Positions 1 through 8,727 of a stretch of DNA of 16,513 nucleotides are shown here, in pieces; positions within the stretch are counted from its first letter, which is position 1; every line of letters starts with the position of its first letter. The position numbers were made by a program, and so were the translations under genes. The DNA is taken from contig CBFFRQ010000083.1 in the NCBI GenBank assembly GCA_965644315.1, positions 1-16,513 of the forward strand. Reading direction: 5' to 3'. The notes below the pieces were generated by a model. That model saw only the letters and a program-made list of their open reading frames with translations. It made no database searches and was not told the DNA's origin. The stretch is from Caecitellus pseudoparvulus (taxonomy: Eukaryota; Protista; Bigyra: Bicosoecida).

Positions 1-3000
1 ATCCTCCTGCACTGGCTGCAAGACGAGGTGAAGCTGCCAGGCCCTGTGGATGATCTGGCAGAGCATTTCAGCAATGGCTACGCCTTCGCTGCGGTGCTGC
101 CCAGCACTAGCCAAATGACGCCAGCAGAGTTCGGCCAGTGTGTGCAAGACGAAAAGAGCGACTCCAAGATTCAGAACTACTGCCAACTCTTTCCCGTCTT
201 CCGACGGCTGGGCACCAAGTTCGATGCTCGCGTTGCCCAGCAGCTCATGCTGCGCAAGCCTGGCATCGCCCAGCGTGTGCTGTACGAGCTGCGGACGGTA
301 CTAGCGCCCCTGTCCCGGGTGCGGGTGGGACGTGACTCGGAGTCCAAGCAACGCTTGCTGAAGCAGCGCTTGACCACCCGCAAGCCTCAGTACGACGCCG
401 CACAGGCTGCGATATTTGAGCGCAACATCCGCGCCGCTGCTGAGAACCAAAACGCCGTCTTCCTCGACAAGCACATGGCCAAGTTCAAGCAGCACGTGGA
501 CGAGCTGTGGGCCAGTCGAGACGCGACCCATGCTGCCCGTGTGGGGGCGCACCGCAGCGCTCTGCGCCAGCAGCGCCAGCAGCGCTTGCACGCACTTCGC
601 ACACGTCACATGGTGGTGCATGCTCGGGAGGAGGCAGGTATCCGCGAGTGGCAGCGCAACCAGGAGATTCGCCTCGCACAAGTCCTGGCAGCGAGGGAGT
701 TCCGGGCGACCAAGGCGGCCAAGGCACGGTCCGCTGCGAGGCGGCGAGTCGCCGACGCCCAGCGCGACGCCACGTCAGACATTGCGGCGTTCGAGGCGAG
801 GGCTGTGGCGCAAGGCGTGCCAGTGGTCGGCGCTGAGCCGTTGGACGAAGCCACCCTGCGTCGCAGTGTGGCGCCGGAAGCTGGCGAGCCGAGCACGGAA
901 GAGGAAGCCAAGCTCGCCCAGCTGCCGGGCACGACCCTGACGTCCCAGGACACCCTGCACCTCCGCTTGACCCGCAAACTGGCCACCATCCAGGCGAGGG
1001 AAGACAGCGAGCCTTCCCCTGTCATGCAGCGCCTGCAGTCCAGGGGGGGTGGCGGCGGCGAGGCGCTGGCTGCCCGTGCCGCGCGCCGAAGCGCCTTCCT
1101 CGTCGCGTCCCGTGCAAGTCGCACGCGCCTGCACGCCAGGCAACGCCACGCCCAGCTGAAGGGCCTGCTCATGCACCGGTGTACCTCAGAGCAAGAGTTG
1201 GATGACGTGGTGCTGCGCACCCTCAAGTGTGAGCTGGTGTTCCGGCAGAACCGCGCCTGCCGCGAGGCTGCCGTGGCGGAGCAGGCCAGGCGCGATGCCG
1301 ACCTGCAGCTGGCCCGCCAGCGCGCTTCGCTGCTGCAGCAGCAGAGTGCCTTTGAGGACGATGTCACTGCCTCGGCAGACGGGATGGTGGAGGCTGCAGG
1401 GGCTCGGCGGCGAGCGCACGTGCACAGGGCGCACGCGATCGCCCTCGCCTGTGTGCAGGAGCTTGTCGAGGCTGCGCTGGGCTTGTCATGTGCGAGGGAA
1501 GCCAGTAGCATGCGGCTGTTGGAGCAGAGTGCGGGCTCTGCGGCGATGCCGTCCCTGCGTGTTCCGCAGCAGGGCGAGGAAGAGGGGAAGGAAGCGGAGG
1601 GGAAGGAAGAGGGGGGTGGTGTAGCAAAGCCCGATGGGGGAGTGCTCGTGCAATGTCCTGGAGGGGTTGACCCGCTCACTGCCGTTTTCACGCGGGTTGG
1701 CTTCAGGCACGCTGCTGGCATGCACAGCCACACTCAGTGGGCTGCCCCGCAAGCACTGCCGCTTCCCGACGTGCTGACTAGCCCTGACTTCGACGATGTC
1801 ATGTCACCTAAAGCAAGCGGGCGCAAGAGCCCCTCTGGTCGGCGGTCTCGGGCATCAGACACCGCGGATGATGCTCACACTGAAGTGCTGACTGTTCAGC
1901 GGGCTGCTGCAGCGTCGCTCGGCGGCGCTGTTGTGGCCACACTGCCCGCTGACGCGGCAGCAGATGAAACCAGCCACTCGCAACCCATGCCAGGAGTGCC
2001 CATTCCCCCTGGTGTCGTGGTGGCCATGTTGGGCGTGCAGGCCCAGCCTGCAGGCTGCAGCTCGCACGGCGAGGGCCCCAGTGCGCTGGACGAGGGCCTG
2101 CCCAAGGCAAGTGTGGAAGTCAGCGTGGGTGTCGAAGACGACGCTTCAGAAGGCGGAGACGGTGAGGAAGGCGCTGATGCCGGAGCTGTGGAGCGCATCC
2201 AGGCGCGTTCGGGCCGCGAAGATGACGTGGAACAGCTGCGCCTGCCCTCGGGAGCTGGGGAAGGGGGGGCTGTTTCTGTCGGCGGTAGCTTGGAGCAGGC
2301 GCCAGTCCAGTCGGGGGATGGATCTGCAGAGCTGGTTCCGCAGCAGGCGCCTTGTGGCATGGCGGACGCTGAGGCGAGTCCAGTTGCCATGGAGCTGTTT
2401 CAGCAATACGTTGCCGGGCACTTTGTGCGGCCATCCGACGCTCCCGTGCCAGACGTGGTGGGCGACGAGGAGGCGGTGGCGGCTGCTCAGGCCCCACCGG
2501 AGGCACCCTTCCCGCCAGTGCTGGAGGCGGAGTCCAGCCTTCTGTCGCCGAAGAAGAGCCCTTCCAGCAAGAAAGGCAAGGCAGACGTTGCCGAGGTGGT
2601 CCTCCCGCATCCCGCCCCGCAGCCTGCTCTTGCCGCAGAGCCTCAGCTGCATGCTGCAAAGCACCTACTTGGCAGCGTCTTGCAAAAGCTTCGCCGGGCG
2701 ACTGGCCCAGAACCAGCCCTCCCCCCAGCGTGCGATGTTCCGCAGTTTCCCCTCACCGTGGCGCTTGTTGGCCCTCCGGGCTCGGGAGTCAGCACGCAAG
2801 CTGGCTTCTTGGCCGCAGCACTGTCCTTGAAGGTCTTGCGTCCCAATGCGCTCATGTCACAGGCCCTGAGCATGGCAGATGGCAGCCTGTCCACGGAGCA
2901 GTGCGACCTCACTGCACCCCACGCGGAAGCCCTGAAGAAGGTCGGGCAGCACGCACGGGCGGCAATGGCAGAGGGCGCAGCTGTGCCGGAGGTGTGCATG

Positions 3001-6000
3001 GTTCAAGCTGTCTTGTGTGGCATTCGCGACATGGCACGCGCACCAGTGGACCCATCCCTGGTCCCACTGCCTGCGCACGGCGAACCCCCCCCTCCCAGCG
3101 CTGATAAGGCTGACGTTGAGCAGCCTCATGACACGGTACCCGCTGCAGCTGCCGCCCCCATGGAAGATGCCAACGGAGAAGAGCAGAAGTATGAAGAGAC
3201 GGGGCCAGCCAGTGAATATCCTCATGCCCGAGGGCAAGCCCACCGAGGGTGGATTTTGGACGGCTTCCCGCAGACTCTCACTCAGGCAGTGCTGTTGGAA
3301 GAAGCCCTGACCTGGCAAGCTCCTGATCTGGGCCCTGGGCTGCCGGAGCGAGCCCGTGTGGAGGGCCGGGGGACATGGGATGCAAGTGCTGCCCGACAGG
3401 AGGAACCCACTCAAGAAAACGCTTGGGAAGCTGTCATGGTGCTGCCGGTGCCGCCACACCCTGTTCTCGACGCGGACGCAGATGACGACGACGGCCTGCC
3501 CAGCCATCGAGCACCCCGACCCGTCTCTGCCCCAGTTCCCCTGCCCAAGCACCCCCATGGCGTGAAGCTCCTGATCCGCCTCGTGCTGCCCCCTGAACAA
3601 GCCCTGCGTAAGGTGCTTGGGGTGCGTGTGGATCCAGCCCGCTTGGTCACTTTGCAAGCTTCAGATGCCGCTGAAGCAGCTGCTGTGCCAAGGGATGAAA
3701 CAGGGTCGCTGCAAGACGTCTCAGATGGTGACGTGCCGTCCGCTGGCGCTGCCGTGTTTGGCCACGAGGGCGTCGACAGCACTGTCCGAGCTGGAGCCCG
3801 GGGCTTGAACCCACCCGCAGCTCTGCGGGGAGAGGCCATGAACGTGGTCGTCGGTGCTGAGCCGCTCCAATCCGTGACAGAAGCCAAGACTGCGCAGGAA
3901 GAAGAGGAAGAGGAGGTGCGTCCCGCCACACCTCAGCGCCGGGCCGAAGCAGGCGGCCCCTCTTCGAGCACAGCGCCGCGCCAAGGCGTGGTTGGCGCAG
4001 AACACCTCGCCGCACAGGAGCAAGCAACCGCCACATTCACCTCCGGCTTGCCTGGAGCAGTTCCAGCAGTGGACGAGGTGCGCCCAGGCGGAGGTCAGCA
4101 GGAGCCCCAAGTGCACGAAGTATCCCCGGATGCCATGTTGCCCGTACTGCCGGGCGGCTACGTAGTGTCTGCACGGCGAGGCCATGTGGTGTACCACCTG
4201 GACTTGAACCCGCCACCCCACAAGTGCCGCACTGTAGAGGGCCTTGTTCCTCCTTCAAGCATTGACGCTGGCACAGCGCGGCTGCCGAGTACCCTGACAA
4301 GCAGCACACTGCGCCTGCCGCCACCAGTGCTTGCAGAGGCCATGGAACGGTATTTTAACAGTGTTGAAGGCGTGGACGAGTTCTTCTGGGCAGGCAGTCG
4401 GGGTTCAGTGCTGCGCGTCGCTGCCTCGCGCCCGCACTTCGGCACTGGACACGGCAAAGAGGCTGACAGCGACGGTGATCAGGACAGCTCTGAGGAAGGC
4501 AAGAGCGCCAGTGACCTGGTCGGGGTAGAGGAAGGCGCTGGTGTGGTGGCAGATGGGGACGGACGTGTCCTGTGGTGCAGCGATGCATGGGCCGAGTACG
4601 CGCCTGTGGGCGCCTGGGCTGCCAGCGGAAAGGGGGACGTGCTGACGGAGGCAAGCCTCTTCGCAGTGCTGAGTCGCGCAGCCTCGGCTGCCGAGGAAGA
4701 CATTGCCGCGCGTGAGGCAGCTCGTGAGCAGGCGTGGATAGAAACCCTTGAGCACAGGGATGCGGCCTTGGCCGCCGATGCCACAAGCGCTGCCACGGAG
4801 CTCGCCTTCCGCCGCGGGGAAGATGTGCATGTGCAAGTTGTCGATGCATTGGAGGCTCAACAGGCAGAAGCCGCTGCGGCAGCCGCCGCTGCAGCGGCCT
4901 CCAAGAAATCTGGCTCCAAGGGCAAGTCCGAAAGTCCAAAGGCAAGTGTGGCAGAAGGAAAGTCTGTGGATGATGATGGATCCGAGCATGACAGTGCCCA
5001 GGAGGAGGCGTTGACCGCCTCTTCCTTGGCTGCAGAGGAAGCTGAGGTGGTTGCGCCAAGTCTGCACGAACCGTATGTGATTGCCCCCGACCTTCCACCT
5101 GCTCCTTCCTTGGCCCAGGTTCCTCCAGCCTCGCCAACTGCCGAGCCTGCCGTGCATGACACAGCTGAGGACGTGTCCCCCCAACGGGCGGAAGCACAGG
5201 CTGCAGCTCAGGCTGCCCTTGCAACGCGAGCCGCTGCCCAAGCGCTGGTTGTTACTCCAACACGCTTCGCAGGGGCTTTGGAAGACTCTGTGCCCCGAGA
5301 CAAGGCGCTGGGCCTCCTGGCGCAACTCTGGCAGCAGGCAGTGTCACACTGCGGGCAAACGCTCAGCAGCAGCTTCCTCCGAGCTGCCATGGAGCAAGTG
5401 GGTGTGCACGCGCGGTTGGGGGAGACGAGCCGTCTTCTGCACCGCTTCTTGCGGCGCCCCGTCCCTGCCTACCAGGCTCTCATGCGCCATGCACAAGACG
5501 CCATCAACAGCTTGTCTTGGGCTGAGCGCATGGGGCCCTCAGCGGAGGCCTGGTCTCAAGCCCCGTCTGTTGAAGAAGCAGCTTTGCAGGTGTGGGTGGA
5601 GGAGGCTCTGGAAGCCTCGGGTGGCAGCAAAGCTGCCGCCTCAAAGAAGGGTAAGGGTGCCGCTGCGCCCGAAGCACAGGAGCCGTCGCCTGAGGCTGAG
5701 GCTGAGAAAGCAGCCTTGCGTGCGGCTGCGACCCGAGCTCAGTTGGCGGAGACGGTGCAGATTGCCACCAACTGCATGTTGGCCACTGCCGAAGCCCGGC
5801 GGGAGAGCGCCTTGCACCTGCTGCACGCTAAAGGGGACGACGGGTGGGTGCAGTACGTGCAAGGGGCGCTGGCGTCCCACTTCTGCAGCGCAGTGCAGGC
5901 AGAGGGCGACCGCCTTGTCGCCTCCCGCCTGGTGCTGATGGGGTACATGCGGGCGGCAGATGGGGCGGATGGCTGTGGTATCCTGACCGGCCGCAATGCT

Positions 6001-8283
6001 GCGCACACCCAGGACCCTGAGGATGAGGACACCGCCTCCACACCTCGCAAAGGCAAAGCCGCCGGTGCCAGTCCGAAGAGCGGCAGCAAGAAGTCCGCAG
6101 CGTCAGAAGACATCATGCCCGACAGCACCTCGGACATGCTGCAGCTCAGGAAGCACCTCGAAGGGACAGCACTCAGCGCCGTGAGAGCAGGTGAACTGCT
6201 CGCTGCTGGCCATGTGGCGCTGCCCTGGGAGGGCTCCACAGGCGACGACCGCACGCCCTCCACTCCACGCAAGGGTGCAGGTGGGAAGAAGGGCGGCGCT
6301 TCCAAGGCTGGCAAGGCCGTCGAGGAAGAGTCCAGTGCAGTCTGGCCACTGGCCGGCCAATCCCCTGCCACAGCTATTGGCCCTGTGATTGCCCCCGTCT
6401 GCACAACCCTCCCAGTTGCCCCGCCCCGTGCGGCACAGCCGACCCTTTCATCGGTACCGGTCGTTCCGCCTCCGGCGCCAGATGCTTGTGACGCTCTGTG
6501 GCAGGCAGTCAAGCAAGACGCCGCAGCAGCCCCTGATACAGCCCGCTCTGGCAGCAGCGCGGGCAAGAAGCGCAGCCCACGCAAGGGGCCTTCTGCAGTT
6601 GACCCAGATGATGATGGACTGCAGCACTGGCCCACTGGTTGGCCTGCAGCCAGTGAGCTTCCAGGCACTCCCCCCAGCGAGTGGGAGGCTGTTGCTGAAG
6701 CGGCAGGGGAAGCGGCGTCCCGACTGCGCACGCTGATCCAGGGCGCTGCACTTGGCACTGGCGTTGCTGTGCCAGCCCATGGGGCACAAGAGCAGGCGCT
6801 CATGGAAGTTCTGGATGCCGCAGTCGCTTCACTTGCCCGGGCCACGGCAAGCGAGTCCCTTGCACAGCACTTTGCCGTGCAAGCTGCAGCTCGGGCAGAG
6901 GCATTGAGCGCTGCACAGGGCGGCAAGGGCGGCAAGAAGGGCGGCAGCAAAGCAGGCAGCAAGAAGGACAAGCGCAAAGGAGGCAAGGATGACCCTGCTC
7001 CCGACGAAGTCCAGCAAGCGCTGGCTTGGCGAGATGCCGCCTGTCCACCTCCACAAGCGGACCAAGCGTTGCGACTGGCTCTGCAGGGTGCCGAGTCGCT
7101 TGCAGTCAACGTGCTGCGCCTGGTGGACGCCGAGGCGCAGACGCAAGAGCTGCAACGCCAGCGCCACGCCGCCCTTGCTGTTGCCCGCGAGCGCCAGCGG
7201 CGTCGCCTCGAGTCGGAAGCTGCTGAAGCGGAAGCAGAGGCAACAGCGGCGATGGAGGCAGCACAGCTGGCTGAGGAGGAGGCTGCTGCTGCTGCAGCCG
7301 CCGCGGCAGCGTCGCCCAAGAAGGCATCCAGCAAGAAGGATAAGGCATCCGCCGGCAAGGGAGGTGGGAAGAAAGACAAGAAGGCAGGCAAGGAGGAGGT
7401 CGTTGAAGCGTCCCACCTCCCCCTCCCTGATGCAGGGCACGCAACCGTTCCCCCTGCCACCTGGTCAGCGGTTGTCGCCCAAGTGCAAGAGTTCCGGCAC
7501 CGCGTGCGGCAGTTGTGCACGGCAGCTGGTCGAATGTGCGCAGCTGTGGAGGCTGCGGCGTCCCGAGCCATGCGCGCTGGTGAAGGGCGCATTAACTTCA
7601 TCATCGACCAGGAAATCCGCGCCGTGCGTGCTTTTGAAGCCTACGCCATGCAGGCCGTGGCTTCTGGTGCACGGCTGCCACACGAATTGCGCTTTGTGCG
7701 GCCTCACGCAGCAGCTGACCTGGACTTGCTCCTGCCTCATCATGTGCAGCAGACGCCCAGCTTGCTGCCTTACCAAGTCCCCGAAGCTGCCGCGCTGGGA
7801 CGGGGAGTTCCGCACCCGTTCGCTTTGGACGCGGACCATGACTCGAGTGCTGAGCCAGTGCCGGAGCCTGCGGAGCACGGCGAGGGCAAGGATGCTGCTG
7901 GTGCTCCTGGGCTGCCTCTCCTCAAGGCTCCCGTGCAGCTAGTGGGTCCGGCTGGAGATCCACTTGACCCCACGCCATCAAGTGATCCGCAGGAACACGT
8001 GCTTCCGTATTCTCAACTGCACTTCCGGCGCCCTTGCCAGCAGCGGCGGCTGCTGAGGGAGGTTTGCCATGACAGAGGAGGAGGCGGACACCCGCGAAGC
8101 CGATCAAAGCACCACGGCATCAGTCAGGCCAAAGCGAGGCAAGAAGTAAACCCTGCCATTGAGTTGGCTTACGCCAAGCCAAGTTGGGTGCGGGCTACCT
8201 TTGTCGTGACATGCACGCAAAGCAACTGGTTTGGGATCTATGTGAACAATGCCCTGGCAGAACGTGTGCCAGGAGTGCGATAA
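1..8283 (+). CDS. SPEF2: Sperm flagellar protein 2 / CPC1-like central-pair protein (CH domain, coiled coil, degenerate adenylate-kinase-like domain); 5'-partial, 3' end uncertain
   Basis: Frame 1 is open from base 1 (ILLHWLQDEVKL...FSNGYAFAAVL...KIQNYCQLFPVFRRLGTKFD...KPGIAQRVLYEL), matching the recalled SPEF2 N-terminal CH domain (ILCQWL...FSSGY...KLNNF...KPGVATKLLYQL). The true ATG is therefore a few codons upstream, not the GTG at 28. ADK-like motifs: GPPGSGVST (2770-2796), GWILDGFP (3247-3270), GVRVDP (~3619-3636), VYHLDLNPPP (4189-4218). A late block EIRAVRAFEAYAMQAVASGARLPHELRF resembles the SPEF2 segment preceding the C-terminal domain. Sequence after ~8030 does not look SPEF2-like. 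Confidence 0.88.
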   Translation: MLLHWLQDEVKLPGPVDDLAEHFSNGYAFAAVLPSTSQMTPAEFGQCVQDEKSDSKIQNYCQLFPVFRRLGTKFDARVAQQLMLRKPGIAQRVLYELRTVLAPLSRVRVGRDSESKQRLLKQRLTTRKPQYDAAQAAIFERNIRAAAENQNAVFLDKHMAKFKQHVDELWASRDATHAARVGAHRSALRQQRQQRLHALRTRHMVVHAREEAGIREWQRNQEIRLAQVLAAREFRATKAAKARSAARRRVADAQRDATSDIAAFEARAVAQGVPVVGAEPLDEATLRRSVAPEAGEPSTEEEAKLAQLPGTTLTSQDTLHLRLTRKLATIQAREDSEPSPVMQRLQSRGGGGGEALAARAARRSAFLVASRASRTRLHARQRHAQLKGLLMHRCTSEQELDDVVLRTLKCELVFRQNRACREAAVAEQARRDADLQLARQRASLLQQQSAFEDDVTASADGMVEAAGARRRAHVHRAHAIALACVQELVEAALGLSCAREASSMRLLEQSAGSAAMPSLRVPQQGEEEGKEAEGKEEGGGVAKPDGGVLVQCPGGVDPLTAVFTRVGFRHAAGMHSHTQWAAPQALPLPDVLTSPDFDDVMSPKASGRKSPSGRRSRASDTADDAHTEVLTVQRAAAASLGGAVVATLPADAAADETSHSQPMPGVPIPPGVVVAMLGVQAQPAGCSSHGEGPSALDEGLPKASVEVSVGVEDDASEGGDGEEGADAGAVERIQARSGREDDVEQLRLPSGAGEGGAVSVGGSLEQAPVQSGDGSAELVPQQAPCGMADAEASPVAMELFQQYVAGHFVRPSDAPVPDVVGDEEAVAAAQAPPEAPFPPVLEAESSLLSPKKSPSSKKGKADVAEVVLPHPAPQPALAAEPQLHAAKHLLGSVLQKLRRATGPEPALPPACDVPQFPLTVALVGPPGSGVSTQAGFLAAALSLKVLRPNALMSQALSMADGSLSTEQCDLTAPHAEALKKVGQHARAAMAEGAAVPEVCMVQAVLCGIRDMARAPVDPSLVPLPAHGEPPPPSADKADVEQPHDTVPAAAAAPMEDANGEEQKYEETGPASEYPHARGQAHRGWILDGFPQTLTQAVLLEEALTWQAPDLGPGLPERARVEGRGTWDASAARQEEPTQENAWEAVMVLPVPPHPVLDADADDDDGLPSHRAPRPVSAPVPLPKHPHGVKLLIRLVLPPEQALRKVLGVRVDPARLVTLQASDAAEAAAVPRDETGSLQDVSDGDVPSAGAAVFGHEGVDSTVRAGARGLNPPAALRGEAMNVVVGAEPLQSVTEAKTAQEEEEEEVRPATPQRRAEAGGPSSSTAPRQGVVGAEHLAAQEQATATFTSGLPGAVPAVDEVRPGGGQQEPQVHEVSPDAMLPVLPGGYVVSARRGHVVYHLDLNPPPHKCRTVEGLVPPSSIDAGTARLPSTLTSSTLRLPPPVLAEAMERYFNSVEGVDEFFWAGSRGSVLRVAASRPHFGTGHGKEADSDGDQDSSEEGKSASDLVGVEEGAGVVADGDGRVLWCSDAWAEYAPVGAWAASGKGDVLTEASLFAVLSRAASAAEEDIAAREAAREQAWIETLEHRDAALAADATSAATELAFRRGEDVHVQVVDALEAQQAEAAAAAAAAAASKKSGSKGKSESPKASVAEGKSVDDDGSEHDSAQEEALTASSLAAEEAEVVAPSLHEPYVIAPDLPPAPSLAQVPPASPTAEPAVHDTAEDVSPQRAEAQAAAQAALATRAAAQALVVTPTRFAGALEDSVPRDKALGLLAQLWQQAVSHCGQTLSSSFLRAAMEQVGVHARLGETSRLLHRFLRRPVPAYQALMRHAQDAINSLSWAERMGPSAEAWSQAPSVEEAALQVWVEEALEASGGSKAAASKKGKGAAAPEAQEPSPEAEAEKAALRAAATRAQLAETVQIATNCMLATAEARRESALHLLHAKGDDGWVQYVQGALASHFCSAVQAEGDRLVASRLVLMGYMRAADGADGCGILTGRNAAHTQDPEDEDTASTPRKGKAAGASPKSGSKKSAASEDIMPDSTSDMLQLRKHLEGTALSAVRAGELLAAGHVALPWEGSTGDDRTPSTPRKGAGGKKGGASKAGKAVEEESSAVWPLAGQSPATAIGPVIAPVCTTLPVAPPRAAQPTLSSVPVVPPPAPDACDALWQAVKQDAAAAPDTARSGSSAGKKRSPRKGPSAVDPDDDGLQHWPTGWPAASELPGTPPSEWEAVAEAAGEAASRLRTLIQGAALGTGVAVPAHGAQEQALMEVLDAAVASLARATASESLAQHFAVQAAARAEALSAAQGGKGGKKGGSKAGSKKDKRKGGKDDPAPDEVQQALAWRDAACPPPQADQALRLALQGAESLAVNVLRLVDAEAQTQELQRQRHAALAVARERQRRRLESEAAEAEAEATAAMEAAQLAEEEAAAAAAAAAASPKKASSKKDKASAGKGGGKKDKKAGKEEVVEASHLPLPDAGHATVPPATWSAVVAQVQEFRHRVRQLCTAAGRMCAAVEAAASRAMRAGEGRINFIIDQEIRAVRAFEAYAMQAVASGARLPHELRFVRPHAAADLDLLLPHHVQQTPSLLPYQVPEAAALGRGVPHPFALDADHDSSAEPVPEPAEHGEGKDAAGAPGLPLLKAPVQLVGPAGDPLDPTPSSDPQEHVLPYSQLHFRRPCQQRRLLREVCHDRGGGGHPRSRSKHHGISQAKARQEVNPAIELAYAKPSWVRATFVVTCTQSNWFGIYVNNALAERVPGVR

Positions 8284-8538
8284 GTGTCAGGCAGGATATG
8301 GGCCGCCCTAGACGGGCTTGCACTTTCAAGAGGGGGCGGTGGCGGTGTGGTGTGGTCCGGCAACATTTCCCTGAGCCGCCACGCTACCCTTGCGAAGCAG
8401 AGCACACTCAAGATGCTACAAACCTTTCACCGACCAAATCTGTGCACTTTTCCCTTGCAAGCATGCCCTTTTCTGCCGTTGCCTGCGACTTACCTGCCCT
8501 GTGGCTGGGCTCCCGGTGGCTTTGCGCCGCCTGGTTGT

Positions 8539-8703
8539 GACTAGGCAAATTCCGCACGGCACACTTTGCAAGAGCTGTGCCTGGCGAACGTGCGGTCATT
8601 CCTCTTGACGACACCGCCTAATTGGTTCTTCAACACTCGAAATTAACAGTGAGTGCAGTTCTGTGGTGTGGCGTTGCGTGGCTCATGAATCCTCATGCGT
8701 GCC
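8539..8703 (+). repeat. Diverged upstream flank of the duplicated unit, copy 1 (partner ~13819-13981)
   Basis: Colinear similarity from GACTAG onward, including AACACTCGAA (8632-8641 = 13912-13921) and an identical 23-mer TAACAGTGAGTGCAGTTCTGTGG (8644-8666 = 13923-13945). Confidence 0.85.
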
Positions 8704-8727
8704 ACTGTACCCTTGCGTTGTCTCAAG

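Noticed and set aside
28-30. GTG start assigned to the long ORF
   Set aside because: Eukaryotic gene; the frame is open from base 1 and CH-domain homology extends upstream.
5739-7604. 621-aa antisense ORF and the many other overlapping ORFs across 1-8283
   Set aside because: Shadow ORFs of a GC-rich coding strand, with low-complexity Ala/Ser/Arg translations and no motifs.
7933-7992. Possible short intron (GT...CCGCAG) near the SPEF2 3' end
   Set aside because: Candidate lengths (51 or 60 nt) keep the frame and restore nothing; no supporting evidence.
8390-8608. RING-like pattern CALFPCKHALFCRC...TCPV
   Set aside because: Ligand set and spacing are incomplete, there is no ATG start, and the pattern is not preserved in the homologous region of copy 2.
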